Source of the DNA: Sedimentisphaeraceae bacterium JB056
GTDB taxonomy: Bacteria; Planctomycetota; Phycisphaerae; Sedimentisphaerales; Sedimentisphaeraceae
Length of the DNA stretch: 64,000 nucleotides
Assembly (NCBI GenBank): GCA_044440125.1
Contig: JBITAJ010000027.1
Coordinates: 224,001 to 288,000 of the forward strand
Direction: 5' to 3'
Translations under genes and position numbers: made by a program
Notes under the pieces: generated by a model
Told to the model about the DNA's origin: nothing
The model's database searches: none
What the model saw: only the letters and a program-made list of their open reading frames with translations
In this document: positions 63,578 to 64,000 of the stretch, one piece after another
Layout: each line of letters opens with the position of its first letter
Position numbering within the stretch: the first letter of the stretch is position 1

Positions 63578-64000
63578 ATGAAGCAAATTTTCATAAAATC
63601 ACAGGTCCTACTGTTTACCTTGTTGTTTTTAACGGTATCTTATGTGAGTGCCGGAGCAGTAAGCTACAGCGAAGATTTCACAGGTATTGATGGTACTTTA
63701 CCTGCTGACTGGGTTGTTGACAGTGGGGATATTTTTATTGACAGTGGAAGTTTCCTTAGTGATACTTCTGTATCATCAAATATCCGGGCTCATTATGATG
63801 CGGCAGGTAGTCTTGACTGGACTGACTACACATTTGAGTGTGATTTTAGGACCAGTTTTAATTTTGGTTCTAACCCTGACTCTTCTTCTTCGCTTTATCC
63901 CGGTGTTACGTTCAGACGTCAGGATGCTGATAATGCTTATCTTGTAAGAGTAAGGAAATTAGAGGGTGAGCTTTATCCTCAACTTACTCTTGGTCTGATC
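63578..64000 (+). CDS. Secreted protein, 5' part only (runs off the window)
   Basis: AAGGAG RBS, MKQIFIKSQVLLFTLLFLTVSYVSAG signal, open to the end; WTDYTFECDFRTS...GVTFR...YPQL matches the beta-sandwich domain of 60271-62382. Confidence 0.8.
   Translation, partial: MKQIFIKSQVLLFTLLFLTVSYVSAGAVSYSEDFTGIDGTLPADWVVDSGDIFIDSGSFLSDTSVSSNIRAHYDAAGSLDWTDYTFECDFRTSFNFGSNPDSSSSLYPGVTFRRQDADNAYLVRVRKLEGELYPQLTLGLI

Noticed and set aside
63687..63947. 86-aa hydrophobic ORF
   Set aside because: Alternate frame of the gene starting at 63578, which has an RBS, signal peptide and internal homology.

Overview
Bacterial chromosomal window, most likely from a planctomycete of class Phycisphaerae (Sedimentisphaerales-like). 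This is inferred from a prepilin/H-X9-DG protein, LamG proteins with dockerin-like C-termini ending in WL, several sulfatases and the ribosomal gene order. (1) 1-14.3 kb: housekeeping cluster tuf-rpmG-tRNA-Trp-secE-nusG-rplKAJL-rpoBC-rpsLG, which stops before fusA. (2) 14.5-16.8 kb: ribokinase and a secreted SH3-like protein on the minus strand. (3) 17-26.1 kb: type I restriction-modification island (hsdM-hsdS-[coiled-coil+CHAT caspase-like protease]-[Abi-alpha/DUF4393-like protein]-hsdR), with intergenic DNA made of 7-, 9- and 10-mer tandem repeats and REP-like hairpins. (4) 26.2-50.5 kb: LacI-controlled carbohydrate-utilisation locus (two paralogous LamG/dockerin-like proteins, one with a phosphodiester glycosidase domain; prepilin protein; DUF4434; AGE epimerase; GDPD; GH20; ADP-ribosylglycohydrolase; GNAT; oxidoreductase; SSS transporter; GH127-like), then an IclR-sulfatase pair. 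(5) 50.5-53.9 kb: mobile debris (about 340-bp direct repeat and related hairpin motifs, two DDE transposase remnants, a GIY-YIG nuclease, yjdM, a beta-glucuronidase remnant). (6) 53.9-64 kb: second LacI regulon with sulfatases, a URO-D-like protein and secreted GH-like proteins. The best candidate for an undescribed system is the caspase-like protease plus partner nested between hsdS and hsdR. All family calls are by motif recognition only; no searches were run.
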